Assembly (NCBI RefSeq): GCF_035084215.1
Contig: NC_090340.1
Location: forward strand, 36,890,001 to 36,954,000
Length of the DNA stretch: 64,000 nucleotides
Origin: Heptranchias perlo
Taxonomy: Eukaryota
Reading direction: 5' to 3'
Shown piece by piece: positions 12,855 through 25,760 of the stretch. Positions within the stretch are counted from its first letter, which is position 1, and every line of letters begins with the position of its first letter. The notes beneath the pieces are model-generated. The model worked only from the letters and a program-made list of their open reading frames with translations, was not told the DNA's origin and did not search any database. Made by a program: the position numbers and the translations under genes.

Positions 12855-13712
12855 TTTTTTAAAAAAATATATATACTTTATTCATAAAATTTGTAGCAAA
12901 ACATACAATACAGTTGTCATATCACATTCCAAACGTACACAATACAGATTATACAATTTGCAGGTTAAATCAAGTACAGTTCAATGAACACATTGTACAT
13001 AATTACAGTTCATGCCGCTCTGGGGTGTCTCATTGCATTATACTCAATACAGATTATTGATTACAGATTCATGACAGGTGCATTACAGGTACATTACAGC
13101 AATTTGAATTTTACATTCTGCCCGGTGGGGGGTTTCCCTGATTGCAGCCCCTCTGTATACAATGGCGGGAAGGCTCTAAATGGTTGCCTTTCCCCACAGA
13201 GCCTTTGCAGCGGCCGCACCGAGCTTCAGTGCAACCCTGAGCACGTAGTCCTGGACCCTGGAATGTGCCAGTCTGCAACACTCAGTCGAGGACAGCTCCG
13301 TGCACTGGAAGACCAGCAGGTTTCGGGCAGACCAAAGGGTGTCTTTCACCGAGTTAATGGTCTTCCAGCAGCAGTTGATGTCCGACTCAGTGTGTGTCCC
13401 CAGGAACAGCCCGTAGAGCACAGAGTCGTGTGTTACGGAACTGCTCGGGACGAACCTGGACAGATACCACTGCATCTCTCTCCAGACCTTCCTTGCAAAG
13501 GCACATTCCAGAAGGAGATGGGTGACGGTCTCGTCTGCACCGCAGCCTCCTCGGGGACAGTGTGCGGTGGCGCTGAGAGCCCGGGAGTGCATGAAGGATC
13601 TGACAGGAAGGGCCCTTCTCACCACCAACCAACAGGATCCATCATCTCCTTTTCCCGCAGGGTCTCGAGGACGTTACGTGCGGACCACTTACTGATCGCC
13701 TTGTGGTCAAAA
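12855..13712 (-). mobile_element. Tx1/L1-clade LINE 3' end
   Basis: C-terminal zinc knuckle CPRGGCGADETVTHLLLEC...LWSARN on the minus strand, followed by 3'UTR, AATAAA and an A-rich tail. Confidence 0.88.
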
Positions 13713-15886
13713 GTGCTAAATGGGATAGATTCAGAACAGATCTAGCAGCTCAAAACTGGGCATCCATGAGGTGCTGTCGGCCATCAGCAGCAGCAGAATT
13801 GTATTCGAGCACAATCTGTAACCTCATGGCCTGGCATATTCCTCACTCTGCCATTACCAACAAGCCAGGGGATCAACCCTGGTTCAATGAGGAGTGTAGA
13901 AAAGCATGTCAGGAGCACCACCAGGTGTACCTAAAAATGAGGTGTCAACCTGGTGAAGCTACAACTCAAGACTACATGCATGCTAAACAGCAGAAGCAAC
14001 ATGCTATCGACAGCTAAGCGATTCCACAACCAATGGATCAGATCAAAGCTCTGCAGTCCTGCCACATCCAGTCGTGAATGGTGGTGGACAATTAAACAAC
14101 TAACGGGACGAGGAGGCTCTGTAAACATCCCCATCCTCAATGATGGCAGACTCCAGCAACTGTGTGCAAAAGACAAGGCTGAAGCGTTTGCAACCATCTT
14201 CAGCCAGAAGAGCCGAGTGGATGATCCATCTCGGCCTCCTCCCGATATCCCCACCATCACAGAAGCCAGTCTTCAGCCAGTTCGATTCACTCCACGTGAT
14301 ATCAAGAAACGGCTGAGTGCACTGGATACAACAAAGGCGATGGGCCCCGACAACATCCCAGCTGTAGTGCTGAAGACCTGTGCTCCAGAACTAGCCACGC
14401 CTCTAGCCAAACTGTTCCATTACAGCTACAACACTGGCATCTACACGACAATGTGGAAAATTGCCCAGGTATGTCCAGTCCACAAAAAGCAGGACAAATC
14501 CAATCCGGCCAATTACCGCCCCATCAGTCTACTCTCAATCATCAGCAAAGTGATGGAAGGTGTCGTCAACAGTGCTATCAAGCGGCACTTACTTACCAAT
14601 AACCTGCTCATCGAGGCTCAGCTTGGGTTCCGCCAGGACCACTCGGCTCCAGACCTCATTACAGCCTTGGTCCAAACATGGACAAAAGAGCTGAATTCCA
14701 GAGGTGAGGTGAGAGTGACTGCCCTTGACATCAAGGCAGCATTTGACCAAGTGTGGCACCAAGGAGCCATAGTAAAATTAAAGTCAATGGAAATCAGGGG
14801 GAAAACTTTCCAGTAGCTGGAGTCATACCTAGCACAAAGGAAGATGGTAGTGGTTGTTGGAGGCCAATCATCTCAGCCCCAGGACATTGCTGCAGGAGTT
14901 CCTCAGGACAGTGTCCTAGGCCCAACCATCTTCAGCAGCTTCATCAATGACCTTCCCTCCATCATAACATCAGAAATGGGAATGTTCGCTGATGATTGCA
15001 CAGTGTTCAGTTCCACTCGCAACCCCTCAGACGCTATCCATACCTGCATGCAGCAAGACCTGGACAACATCCAGGCTTGGGCTCATAAGTGGCAAGTAAC
15101 ATTCGCGCCAGACAAGTGCCAGGCAATGACCATCTCCAACAAGAGAGAGTCTTACCACCTCCCTTTGACATTCAACGGCATTACCATCGCTGAATCCCCC
15201 ACCATCAACATCCTGGGGGTCACCATTGAACAGAAACTTAACTGGACCAGCCATATAAATACTGTGGCTGCAAGAGCAGATCAGAGGCTGGGTATTCTGT
15301 GGCGAGTGACTCACCCTCCTGACTCCCCAAAGCCTTTCCACCATCTACAAGGCACAAGTCAGGAGTGTGATGGAATACTCTCCACTTGCCTGGATGAGTG
15401 CAGCTCCAACAATACTCAAGAAGCTCGACACCATCCGGGACAAAGCAGCCCGCTTGATTGGCACCCCATCCACCACCCTAAACATTCACTCCCTTCACCA
15501 CCGACGCACTGTGGCTGCAGTGTGTACCATCCACAGGTTGTACTGCAGCAACTCACCAAGGCTTCTTCGACAGCACCTCCCAAACCCACGACCTTTACCA
15601 CCTAGAAGGACAAGGGCAGCAGGCACATGGGAACAACACCACCTGCACGTTCCCCTCCAAGTCACACACCATCCTGACTTGGAAATATATCGCCGTTCCT
15701 TCATCGTCGCTGGGTCAAAATTCTGGAACTCCCTACCTAACAGCACTGTGGGAGAACCTTCACCACACGGACTGCAGTGGTTCAAGAAGGCGGCTCACCA
15801 CCACCTTCTTAAGGGCAATTAGGGATGGGCAATAAATGCTGGCCTCGCCAGTGACGCCCACATCCCATGAACGAATAAAAAAAAAA
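13713..15886 (+). mobile_element. LINE family B (CR1/L2-group), 5'-truncated, disrupted RT ORF
   Basis: NYRPISLLS, ALDIKAAFD, GVPQDSVLGP and FADD motifs; stops near 14015 and 14814, frameshift near 15315; ends gaataaaaaaaaaa. Confidence 0.95.
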
Positions 15887-16339
15887 TAATTATGAGGTCT
15901 TCCTTGCAAATGAAATCAAAGTCTAGGAATAGTCCTGCACTTAGCTGTGATATTCAAATTCTACTATTGGCAATAATAATGGTTTAAAAAAGAGACATGA
16001 TGGTATATTTTCCACACAGGAGGATTGTCCCTGCAGATGTGATTGGGGCATGCAGGCCTGCATAATCAATAAAGAGATTTACTAGAATGACTCCAGGGAT
16101 GAGGGACTTTAGTTACGTGGATAGACTAGAGAAGCTGGTCTTGTGCAGCATTCAATATTCAAGATATTGTGTGTTATTTCCTGAGTTTTATCCATGAATC
16201 CCACTGTATATTTATCCTGACCATATAAAATAGGCATTAAAGACCAGCCAATTTCTGGCTCCTCTGTCTCTGTGCTTTTTGAAGGCTAAAGAAGAGGATA
16301 AACAAAGGGATGCCAGGGAGATTCATCTGCACAAGAGAG

Positions 16340-16720
16340 GGTCTGTGCCATTTTCCACTGAGCCATGTTTACAGACCAAGGAACAGATGCCTGGGACTAT
16401 CGGAAGAGAACTGTCTTCACGGGTTAAAGTTCACGAGGAAAACAGTGACATAGTGGTTCCATCTGCTTCAATCTGACCCGCAGACAACTTTGATCAAAGG
16501 GATGGTAGTACCAATGACAATCACAGTCACAAACACCCTCAACTTAAGCCTTCCAGGTTACATCAGTCAATCAGTAATGCACAGGTGCATCAAGCAGATC
16601 ACTAATATTTTGTTCACCAGGCTAAATGCCTTCATCGGGGAAAAGCAAAAGCAGGTTGCTCCAATACTTCCATATCACAAGATTCCATACAGTTCATGGA
16701 TGGCATTAATGTGGCTGAAT
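16340..16720 (+). mobile_element. Harbinger transposase remnant
   Basis: HVYRPRNRCLGLSEENCLHGLKFTRKTV and ISQSVMHRCIKQITNILFTRLNAFI resemble the HARBI1-type N-terminal/HTH region. Confidence 0.65.
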
Positions 16721-16784
16721 GTCCACTTCCCAGGCAGCAGTCAAAATTATCTTATTTTAAAGCAGTGTCTGGGTTATTTGAAGA

Positions 16785-17000
16785 ACACAATGGTTAGAAT
16801 GTGGAATTTTGTGACAAAAACAGTTCTTGTAGCAGAGGCCATAAATTCTTTTAAAATGGAATTAGATATGTGCTTGAAAAAGAGGAATATTAAATGGTAT
16901 AGGGAGTGTGCAGGAGAGTGGGATTAGATTAGTGGCTCATATGAAGAAAAACACCTGCATAGACTCGATAGGATAAATCACTTGTTTCTGTTCCATAATA
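16785..17000 (+). mobile_element. CR1 3' fragment
   Basis: VRMWN...EAINSFKMELD...AGEWD* C-terminus. Confidence 0.75.
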
Positions 17001-17360
17001 TTGATAAGTTGCAGTCAGAATTGGTGCCCTGCTGCAATAAGAGCAGGTCTAAGTGCATTGCATGGGACAGCTATCAATGTGAAATAGCGTAGGAGAAAAC
17101 ACCTTGGAGTAGAGTTTTGAAATTTGCGCTCCTGGCTCATAGTTTCATGCAACAGGAGTGCATATTAAGAAATTGGGCATGAACAGAAAATCAACCCATT
17201 AATTTTAATGGGCAGAAAATCATGCAGGGCATACTGACAGTGCCCGAAATCCCATTATGTGAAGCTTCTCATTGGCTGCGCTAATTCATAAAATCTACCC
17301 ATTTGTGGCATTCATACTTTGCCGATCTACTTTGTATTTGGTACTGGTGGTTTGCCTTAC

Positions 17361-17575
17361 ATTGGCTATTTTTTTCATGTCCAAAAACTTCTTCGGAATT
17401 TGGTGCCAGTGTTTCTGGGCAGTGCAGACTGACACATTGTGCCATTTCCTCCCAAGGGCAGAGGGGCTTGGAATGCTGAACAGTGCAGTTCTCCTTTCCA
17501 CCACTTCTTATAGCAGCAGCTCTTTGCAGCATCAGAAAATGTGGGGCTCTGTCTTGCTGCTGCTCCTTTATAAAT
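17361..17575 (-). other. Candidate exon of an uncharacterised minus-strand gene or lncRNA
   Basis: ttttgttacctgtttgctgtctacag acceptor, gtaagg donor, open frame (FIKEQQQDRAPHF...FGHEKNSQ), phase 2-1; no recognised homology. Confidence 0.28.
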
Positions 17576-18285
17576 CTGTAGACAGCAAACAGGTAACAAA
17601 ATCTTCCCAGGGTTTGCCTGGGAAAATAGATCTACCACTTTAAATTGCCACAACTGTGTCATGTCCCTGAATGAGCTGCCTTGTAACTGGGAAGTGACTA
17701 TGTAATTAGGACTGACCCCAGAACATTCATTGGGGTCAGATGTGCGTTCTTAGTGTGTGCAAAGCCCGCAGTGTAATGTTCCTGCACCATCTGTGACCAT
17801 CACGCAAAATCTAACCCAAATTTAAACAGTAGTGAATTTTTCCATCCATAAACTGACCAGACTGCAGCCACATGGATGTGAGGGATTGAATCTCCTTACT
17901 CCAATCTGTTAATCTGGTAATGTCATCAAAGTGCTATGGCTACATTCAGTCGTTGATTTTTTTTGCACATCTGTATACCAATCTTTATTTACCCTGGTGT
18001 GAAATATTAACATTTTTCCTGGAATGTGCATTATCTCTGTTAACTACACTGTGAAGTACTTTCTGTTAACTACTGGACTTTGTTGTATGAGCTTTATATA
18101 ATTTTTCATACATGTAAAAATAATTCTCCCTGTTGCCAGCGTTCAGCACAGCATGGTGCACTTGTGTTCCAGTTGGTTACAATCACATTCCCTTTGGATC
18201 CGATGTTTTTCCTGGCAGCGTGCCGCTAAAAAGCTCTGCTGTGTGATTAGTCAGTGATTTCTGGAGATCTCTGTGGATGTCTCAC

Positions 18286-18472
18286 ATTATCCTGCTAATC
18301 AGATGAGACAGTCTGCCTAAGGATCTGTGATCCCAGTTGAATGCAGATGTCTCTCCTTTTTCATGTGTAGACATCACACCCAGAACCAACATTATAGAAT
18401 TCCATTTCACATCTTGTAATATCCTTTGCACTGTTGTAAAACTGCGCAGGCTGTTCTGGGATTCACTACATT
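18286..18472 (-). other. Candidate exon of an uncharacterised minus-strand gene or lncRNA
   Basis: ccatttattttgacag acceptor, gtgaga donor, open frame (CSESQNSLRSF...LSHLISRI), phase 1-2, matching the next candidate; no recognised homology. Confidence 0.28.
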
Positions 18473-19429
18473 CTGTCAAAATAAATGGCACACTGTAGAA
18501 GTGAATAAAGGAACAGCAACTAAAAAAAAATCCCATTTTGTCTTATTTATTTAAATTAAATGACAAAACTACAGAATGTGAACTCCATTGCCCATAGTAT
18601 TATATACCCATGGGGAATTTCAACTGAGATGATTAGACAGCAAGGACGCCAGGCACATTCCTCTTGGAGAGAAAAAAAGTTAATTGGTAGAATAATATAT
18701 TTAATAAAATTAAAAATGTAAATCAATATAAAGAATGGATGATTACATAAACCTAAACATGAAAGATACAGAGAATATTAACTGCCATATTAGAGTGAAC
18801 AGATTTTGTTAAATGCAGACTTGCCTGTCACTGGTTTCTGCAACTCAGAAGTACAGATGCAATTTGCAAGCTCTTCTAGCTAATGCCACAAGAGCTGCAC
18901 AGGTTGCCAATCTGCATCTCGCTATTAATAAAGTTGTGAATGAGGCTGTCTGTCAGACCAGCCCAGTCCAGAATTATTTGACTCGTTTAAATAAGAAGAA
19001 AATTAACAGCGCTCACAAGTTGCTCTTACAATCAATCAATGTGTTTTTCACACCATGTTAAAGTGACTCTTCCATTTCTTTGGAGAAATTCAGCAAAACT
19101 GTCCATGACCTTTTCAACCACTTCTTGGCAGAAGAAGATATTTGATAAATAGCTGTCTGTAGCATTGAACGTCATTTTGTTGCTGTGCTGCCAGGTGGTG
19201 TTTGTAATGAATGATATTAAAATCCCTTAAGCTGGTTTTGTTTTCAAATGTGTTTACAGCCCAATATGCAACTGCTGCAGGAGCTTCGAGTGAAACTGGT
19301 ACTGTGAAGAAAGTAGCCCGTCCCCGAGGATGGTCATGGCCATGGCAAAGTAAAGACAATGTCCTCAAATCCCTTGATATTCAAATGTTAGGCTGACTTA
19401 CTGCTGGTGGTAACTATTGCAAAACATTC

Positions 19430-19578
19430 GGGTTCCTGAATTCGATAGCGCCCGATAGCGGGCTCGAAATAGTTGGCGCACTGAACTCATGCGCCAGAAG
19501 AGAGAGGCCCGAGAACCGTCCTAAATTTATCCATTCTGTGCCTGTAAAAAGAGCGCAACAATGTTGAATTTGGGCCCC
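19430..19578. mobile_element. Short MITE-like element
   Basis: CpG-rich 150-bp segment with imperfect TIRs gggttcctgaattc / gaatttgggcccc. Confidence 0.5.
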
Positions 19579-20672
19579 ACTTGATCTACAGGAGAAAACA
19601 CAGATTACAAAAATAAAATTGATTGCATGAATGTGAACGTCTCAAGTACAATCACAGCAATTACTGTATAATAAACCAGCACTCTTTTAGCAAGCGGATT
19701 TATTCTGCAGGTGAATAATTGTTGTTTTCATCATCTTTGTCCTATTGGGTTCTAATGGTTACATTAGACCCTTTTTATATTCCATATATAAAGGACTAAC
19801 AGTGATCTATTTGATAAGCAGAAATCCCAAAGAACCATGGCAGAAAGGGGTTGTACAGAAAGGGGAAACAGAGAGGTGAAAATAGGTAACAAGCTGGTAG
19901 GTATAAAGGCCGATAGTGCGTCTTTGAGGGCAGACAAGTGGTACTCCCGCTGTACACTGTAATATAACAGAGACGAGCTCTACCTATAATGGAATTAGAC
20001 TTTTTGGAGGGCTGAGAGCACAAGTCGGAGGCAGGTATGTCCTTCCATGGAGAAAGCAAATTTTCCTTTAAAGGGAAAGAGCTGCACTTGGGTGCAGTGA
20101 ATCTCTGCCTGAGTGCCACATTCTTGGAATCCCGACACCACTATGATTTACTCAAACATACTGGGTACTTACACAAACATTATGCGGATTCCTTTGTCCA
20201 TTCTCTATACAAAAATTCACATTAGCATCAAGTTGAAAAGTCTGTGACAGCTCTTCTATATGTAAGCAACAAATATTCAATAAAAGCTCCTCTTTCATCA
20301 AGTTTAACAGTAAGTAAACACACAAACATATAACAAACATTTCAGTGCCCAAATTAAAAAATATAGATTAGGCCATAACTTATGCTACAGTCAGCTTTAT
20401 TTACATAGTGTGGGTGAGCTCCTGGCCCATATTGGGCCTGTTGTTGGGAGCTTGCAAAAGGGTAATGGGTAAATTCAAAGGGTTGTGATCACCTTATGCC
20501 CATATGCAGTCATGTACCTTTAAAGACGTTGGTAACAATTACAAATACTGCTAAGATTCTTGATTCTATCCTGGAGAGATTATTTCTCCTTTGCAGCCTT
20601 TCTGCTCCTTCCTTCCTCCTTCGTTCTGCTGCTTTTTCTCAGTCTTCTAGTCTCTGTGTTGATTTTTTAAAA

Positions 20673-20775
20673 TTGTAAACAATTTTACAACACCAAGTTA
20701 TAGTCCAGCAATTTTATTTTAAATTTACAAGCTTTCGGAGGCTACCTCCTTCCTCAGGTGAACGATGTGGAAAAA
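20673..20775 (-). mobile_element. Penelope-like terminal fragment
   Basis: Homologous to the reverse complement of 11755-11850; flanked on both sides by ttttttaaaa. Confidence 0.65.
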
Positions 20776-21868
20776 GTCTTTTTTAAAAGTCTGTTTTACA
20801 AAAACTATCAGAGATTAAAGAAATTTGCCAATATCAAGATGCTAGATGTCCCCTGAATGATGAAGCATTGCAAACGAAACACCCATTGTTTAGGAAATCT
20901 TCAAGACAATTTAAAACACCTTTCGACTGCCACTGGACTGACAACTCAGCATCGCACTGTCTGGAGCAATGAACTACTTTGGTCAAGCTCTGCTCAAAAA
21001 CCATTTGAAGACAGTTCATGACCGGGTCGTATTCATGAAGAAGATGGCCACAGAATCCCAAACCATGACGGTCATTAAAGCTTCACTGACAGACTGGCAA
21101 TTGGTTCCAAAATAATGCAATTTTTTGAGAGCCATTTTTGATCTGTAAGCTCAAATTTAGTGAGAACTGAGTTGTTATACTTGTTTAGTGTAGAATCATT
21201 AATAACTAGAGAAGTTTGTCCATTTAGGATTTGAACACAAGACCTAGAGGTGAAAGGACAGCATTCCAGCTCACTGCAGTTCCCAGTTCTTTGTAATTTT
21301 TCAATTTTGCCTTGGTTTAATGTATCTATATATTCAATAAATGTTAATAGCTACTAAACTATTTGATTACAAAAGTAATTGTTTGGCACAGATAGAAGTT
21401 TATTGCATACAGAGGTTATCAACAGATTTTAATTATAGCTGCAAACTAGCCATGTGTATTTTTTTAACAATGTATTAGATTATATTACAAATCTTTTCAT
21501 TCACTTGTTATAAACCATTAATGCACAATGTAAGGCTGCTGATTGAATGTCACTCATTTGATCATTAAAATGGTAAGCAATGTCCATATTTAAGAGTTGT
21601 TTTAGAAGTACAGTAGGTCAAAGATCTCTTCAAAGCATTAACTATACAATCAATCTCAGGTTTCAGCTCACCCCATTAGCACAAACTGGTTTGTGAATTG
21701 AGGGTTCACAACAGTGTAATGTTAGGTCATGCTTTATGCACTATTATACATGTTACTTTGATGAAGTAATGTATAATTCAAACAGTTTGTTACCATTGGA
21801 TTATACGTTGGACTGTTGAGTTAGAAGCTGTTAAATGAGAATAGGCCACATAACCTATTACACTCTTT

Positions 21869-22800
21869 GGGCATGATTTTGACCCCAAGCCGGGAAGGGG
21901 GCGGGGGAGGGGTAAAATTGCAGATGGGAAACCCGGAAGTACAGGTTTCCCGGATGTCCTTACGATTATGACGTAAGGACGTCTTTTATTTTTTTTTTGT
22001 CAGTTTGACGTCCGACTGAGCGGCCTGATTGACAGGCTGGTCTCAGTCGGACAGGAGACCAGCCAGGGAGAGGACGTGTTCAGGTAAGTTTGCATGGATT
22101 GGGGGGGGGCATGGGGAGCATGGGTGGGTACGGGGGTATGGATGGACATGGGTTGGAATGGGGGGCACGGAGACATGTGTGGGCATGGGTTGGCATGGGG
22201 ACACAGGGGCATGGGTTGGCACAGGGCATAGGTTGGCACGGGGTCATCAGTCATGGGGGAGGGATCAGGGGTCAGTCACGGGGGGTGTCAGAATTGAGGG
22301 TCATCCTGGGGGTCCGCGAACGTTTGGGAGGGTGATCAGGGATCGGGGTGAGGGTCCATGATCGTTGTCAGGGGTCTGTGATTGTTGTGGGGGGGATCGG
22401 GGGGGGGGGGGGGTCCGCGATCATTTGGGGGTCGCTGCAGGTAGGCTTGTTGGGCTTGGGGGAAGTACTCCTGCTCCTCCGAGCCCACAAGCTGTGCCAG
22501 AAAGGCACCTGTTACTCTCGGGCCTTCTCACCTCCTTTCATGAGGCGTGAAAGAGAATGCCCGGGAATCCCGGCCCTCCGGGGTTGAAATCAGAAGCTGT
22601 GGGAAAATGGAGGCCCAAAGCCTCCTTGAAAGGTTTCAAGGCCCAACCCGTCTCCTGTGGGAGTGGGTTGGTCACCCGCCCCTCGTCCTGCCCCGGTGAA
22701 AACCGGAAATAGGTGGGTTGGAGGCGGGTTTGAAATGGTTGCAATTTTGAATGTCTCTCCACCCCCAACCTACCCATTTTTCACTGTTAAAATCATGCCC
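21869..22800. mobile_element. Non-autonomous TIR element (Harbinger-like) with a G-rich internal low-complexity region
   Basis: Perfect 12-bp TIR gggcatgatttt / aaaatcatgccc; G-rich degenerate repeats at 22090-22420. Confidence 0.82.
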
Positions 22801-23400
22801 ATTCTCTCCACAGATCATATACAATTTGCTCTATCATGGACACTACCCAACCCACTAAAGCTCTTGAGTAAATCTGCAAGAAGAAAGAATACTGTCAAAT
22901 TGCTATCTGAGCCCAACGTTGGTTGAGCAAGACTCCAGAATATTAATCAACTCTTATCACCGACATTTACAACTCTGACATTCCAAAGGTCAGTCCTAAC
23001 TTGAACAATCGTATTCTGCAGAGTTTTGGATCATCTGTGTCTATTTTTATGCTTATAAACATCAAAACTCTTCTCAAACAAACATTTCACGGCTCAGTTT
23101 AGAGAAGTCATTAAGCACAGCTTTATATGCTTGAGGTGAGAGTCTGTTCTACATATTCACGTTCCAGGAGGGGAAGGGAAAGAATTCTTCTAATCTTGAA
23201 TTTTATTTGAAACTTGTTAATTTTGCACTAAATCCTTAAATTCTAGAGTCATGGCTTACATCCATCTTATTTTTGCCTCTCATGAAGATTAATTGCCCCT
23301 CATCATCGTCTTTTCTTCAATAAAGACATATTCAATTGTAAATCTGTCTTCATAGAAGACTAAGACCCAGAATCATCTTAGCCGCTCTTTTAATGCTCTC
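22801..23400 (-). mobile_element. Highly decayed CR1 3' remnant
   Basis: Minus strand agagcggctaagatgattctggg...gaaaagacgatgatgaggggcaattaat resembles the RATKMI...EKRRLRGDLI region. Confidence 0.5.
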
Positions 23401-23489
23401 TGATGTACTTTTGAAGATAGGATTGTATTTAGATTATTGTGTAGCCTATCAAATAATTTTCCTGGGTTAAAATAACCTCTTTTGAAATC

Positions 23490-25495
23490 ATAGTAACATA
23501 GTATGATACAGCACAGAAGGAGGCCATTCGGCCCATCATGCCTGTGCTGGATCTTTGGTAGAGCTAAGCAATTAGTCCCACTCCCCTGCTCCTTCCCCAT
23601 AGCCCTGAAAAATGTTCTCATAACACCTCGCTGCATTTAAAAAAATGTTTCCTCATGTCACCTCTGGTTCTTTCGCCGATCACCTTAAATCTATGTGCTT
23701 TGAGTCATAGAGTCATAGAGTCATACAGCACGGATAGAGGCCCTTCGGCCCATGGTGTCCGCGCCGGCCATCAGCCCTATCTACTCTAATCCCATATTCC
23801 AGCATTTGGTCCGTAGCCTTGTATGCTATGGCATTTCAAGTGCTCATCCAAATGCTTCTTGAATGTTGTGAGGGTTCCTGCCTCCACAACCCTTTCAGGC
23901 AGTGAGTTCCAGACTCCAACCACCCTCTGGGTGAAAAAGTTCTTTCTCAAATCCCCTCTAAACCTCCCGCCTTTTACCTTGAATCTATGTCCCCTTGTTA
24001 TAGAACCCTCAACGAAGGGAAAAAGCTCCTTAGTATCCATCCTATCTGTGCCCCTCATAATTTTGTACACCTCAATCATGTCCCCACTCAGCCTCCTCTG
24101 CTCCAAGGAAAACAAACCCAATCTTCCCAGTCTCTCTTCATAGCTGAAGCGCTCCAGCCCTGGTAACATCCTGGTGAATCTCCTCTGCACCCTCTCCAAA
24201 GCGATCACATCCTTCCTGTAGTGTGGCGACCAGAACTGCACACAGTACTCCAGCTGTGGCCTAACCAGTGTTTTATACAGCAGTGTTTGATACTGACCCT
24301 TCTGCCACTGGAAACAGTTTCTCCTTATTTACTCTATCAAAACCCTTCATGATTTTGAACACCTCTATCAAATCTCCTCTTAACCTTTTCTGCTCTAAGG
24401 AGAACAAACCCAGCTTCTCCAGTCTCTCCACATAACTGAAGTCCGTCATCCCTGGCACCATTCTAGTAGATCTCTTCTAAGGCCTTGACATCCTTCCTAA
24501 AGTGTGGTGCCCAGAAATGAACACAATACTCCAGCTGAGGCCTAACCAGTGTTTTATAAAGGATTAGCATAATTTCCTTGCTTTTGTACTCTATTTTCTT
24601 TTATTCATTCAAGGGATGTGGGCGTCGCTGGCAAGGCCAGCATTTATTGCCCATCCCATCTCGGCCTCTATTAATAAAGCCCAGGATCCCATATGCTTTT
24701 TTTAACAGCCTCCTCAACTTGTCCTGCCACCTTCAAAGATTTATGTACATACTCCCCCAGGTCTCTCTGTTCCTGCACCCACTTTAAAATTGTACCATTT
24801 AGTTTATATTGCCTCTCCTCATTCTTCCTACCAAAATGTATCACTTCATACTTCTCTGCATAAAATTTCATCTACTATATGTCTGCCCATTTCACAGTCA
24901 GTCTACACCTCGTGAAGTCTCTTACTATCCTTCACACTGTTTACTACATTTCCGAGTTTTGTGTCATCTGCAAACTTTGAAATTGTACACTGTATACCCA
25001 AGTCCAGGTCATTAATATATATCAAAAAAGTGCAATGGTCCTAATGCCGACCCCTGGGGAACACCACTGTAAACTTCCCTCCACTCTTAAAAACAACCGT
25101 TCACCAATACTCTCTGCTTTCTGTCCCTTAGCCAATTTTGTATCCACTCTGCCACTGTCCCTTTAATCCCATGGGTTTTAATTTTGCTTACAAGTCTATT
25201 GTGTGGTACTTTATTAAATGCCTTTTGAAAGTCGATATACATAACATCAACCGCACTTCCCTCATCAACCCTTTCCGTTACTTCATCAAAGAACTCAACA
25301 AGTTAATCAAACCCGATTTTCCTTTAACAAATCCATGCTGACTTTCATTTATTAGCCCATACTTTTTAAAATGCCAATTAATTTTGTCCCAGATTATTGC
25401 CTCTAAAAGTTACCCCACCACCAACGTTAGGCTGACAGGCCTGTAATTGTCTGATCTATCCCTCTCCCCTTTTTTGAATGGGGATGTAACATTTG
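23490..25495 (-). mobile_element. CR1 LINE hosting a second CR1 (23703-24281) and a family B 3' tip (24594-24657)
   Basis: RT and C-terminal motifs on the minus strand resume on either side of the inserts; the inner CR1 has a (tcatagag)n tail and the intact ORF 23786-24241. Confidence 0.92.
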
Positions 25496-25499
25496 CTCA

Positions 25500-25760
25500 A
25501 ATGTTTCTGAGAAACATTCTAGTACCTGATTACCACTGTTCCTAACAGTTTTACATTGACTGGACACTTTCAGAGAATGGTCATTAATTGCACTAAAGTT
25601 ATTTTCCTTTTCTACCTTTCGTAATGGTTTACCCTTTTCCATTTTTGTGTGCCAATGTTTCTTGTCGATTGCTTTTCATTTATCCAAATTGAAATCCATC
25701 TTCTGTTCATTCATTTTCCAGATCCCTCACAATGATGTCGATCTCCCTTATGCGAGTCAG
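25500..25760 (-). mobile_element. Old CR1 RT remnant
   Basis: KMDFNLDK and DHSLKVSSQC...NQVLECFS motifs. Confidence 0.6.

Noticed and set aside
12984-13745. 253-aa plus-strand ORF
   Set aside because: Antisense shadow of the Tx1-like LINE on the minus strand.
13953-15822. Long RT ORFs as an active retrotransposon
   Set aside because: 5'-truncated, with stops and a frameshift; no LINE copy in the window is intact.
18813-19396. Plus-strand exon-like ORFs, considered as the 3' end of VSTM2B (upstream neighbour of POP4 in human)
   Set aside because: No recognisable similarity to VSTM2B and no consistent splice chain.
25427-25642. Minus-strand ORF considered as an exon of the divergent gene
   Set aside because: It translates to decayed CR1 RT motifs (DHSLKVSSQC).
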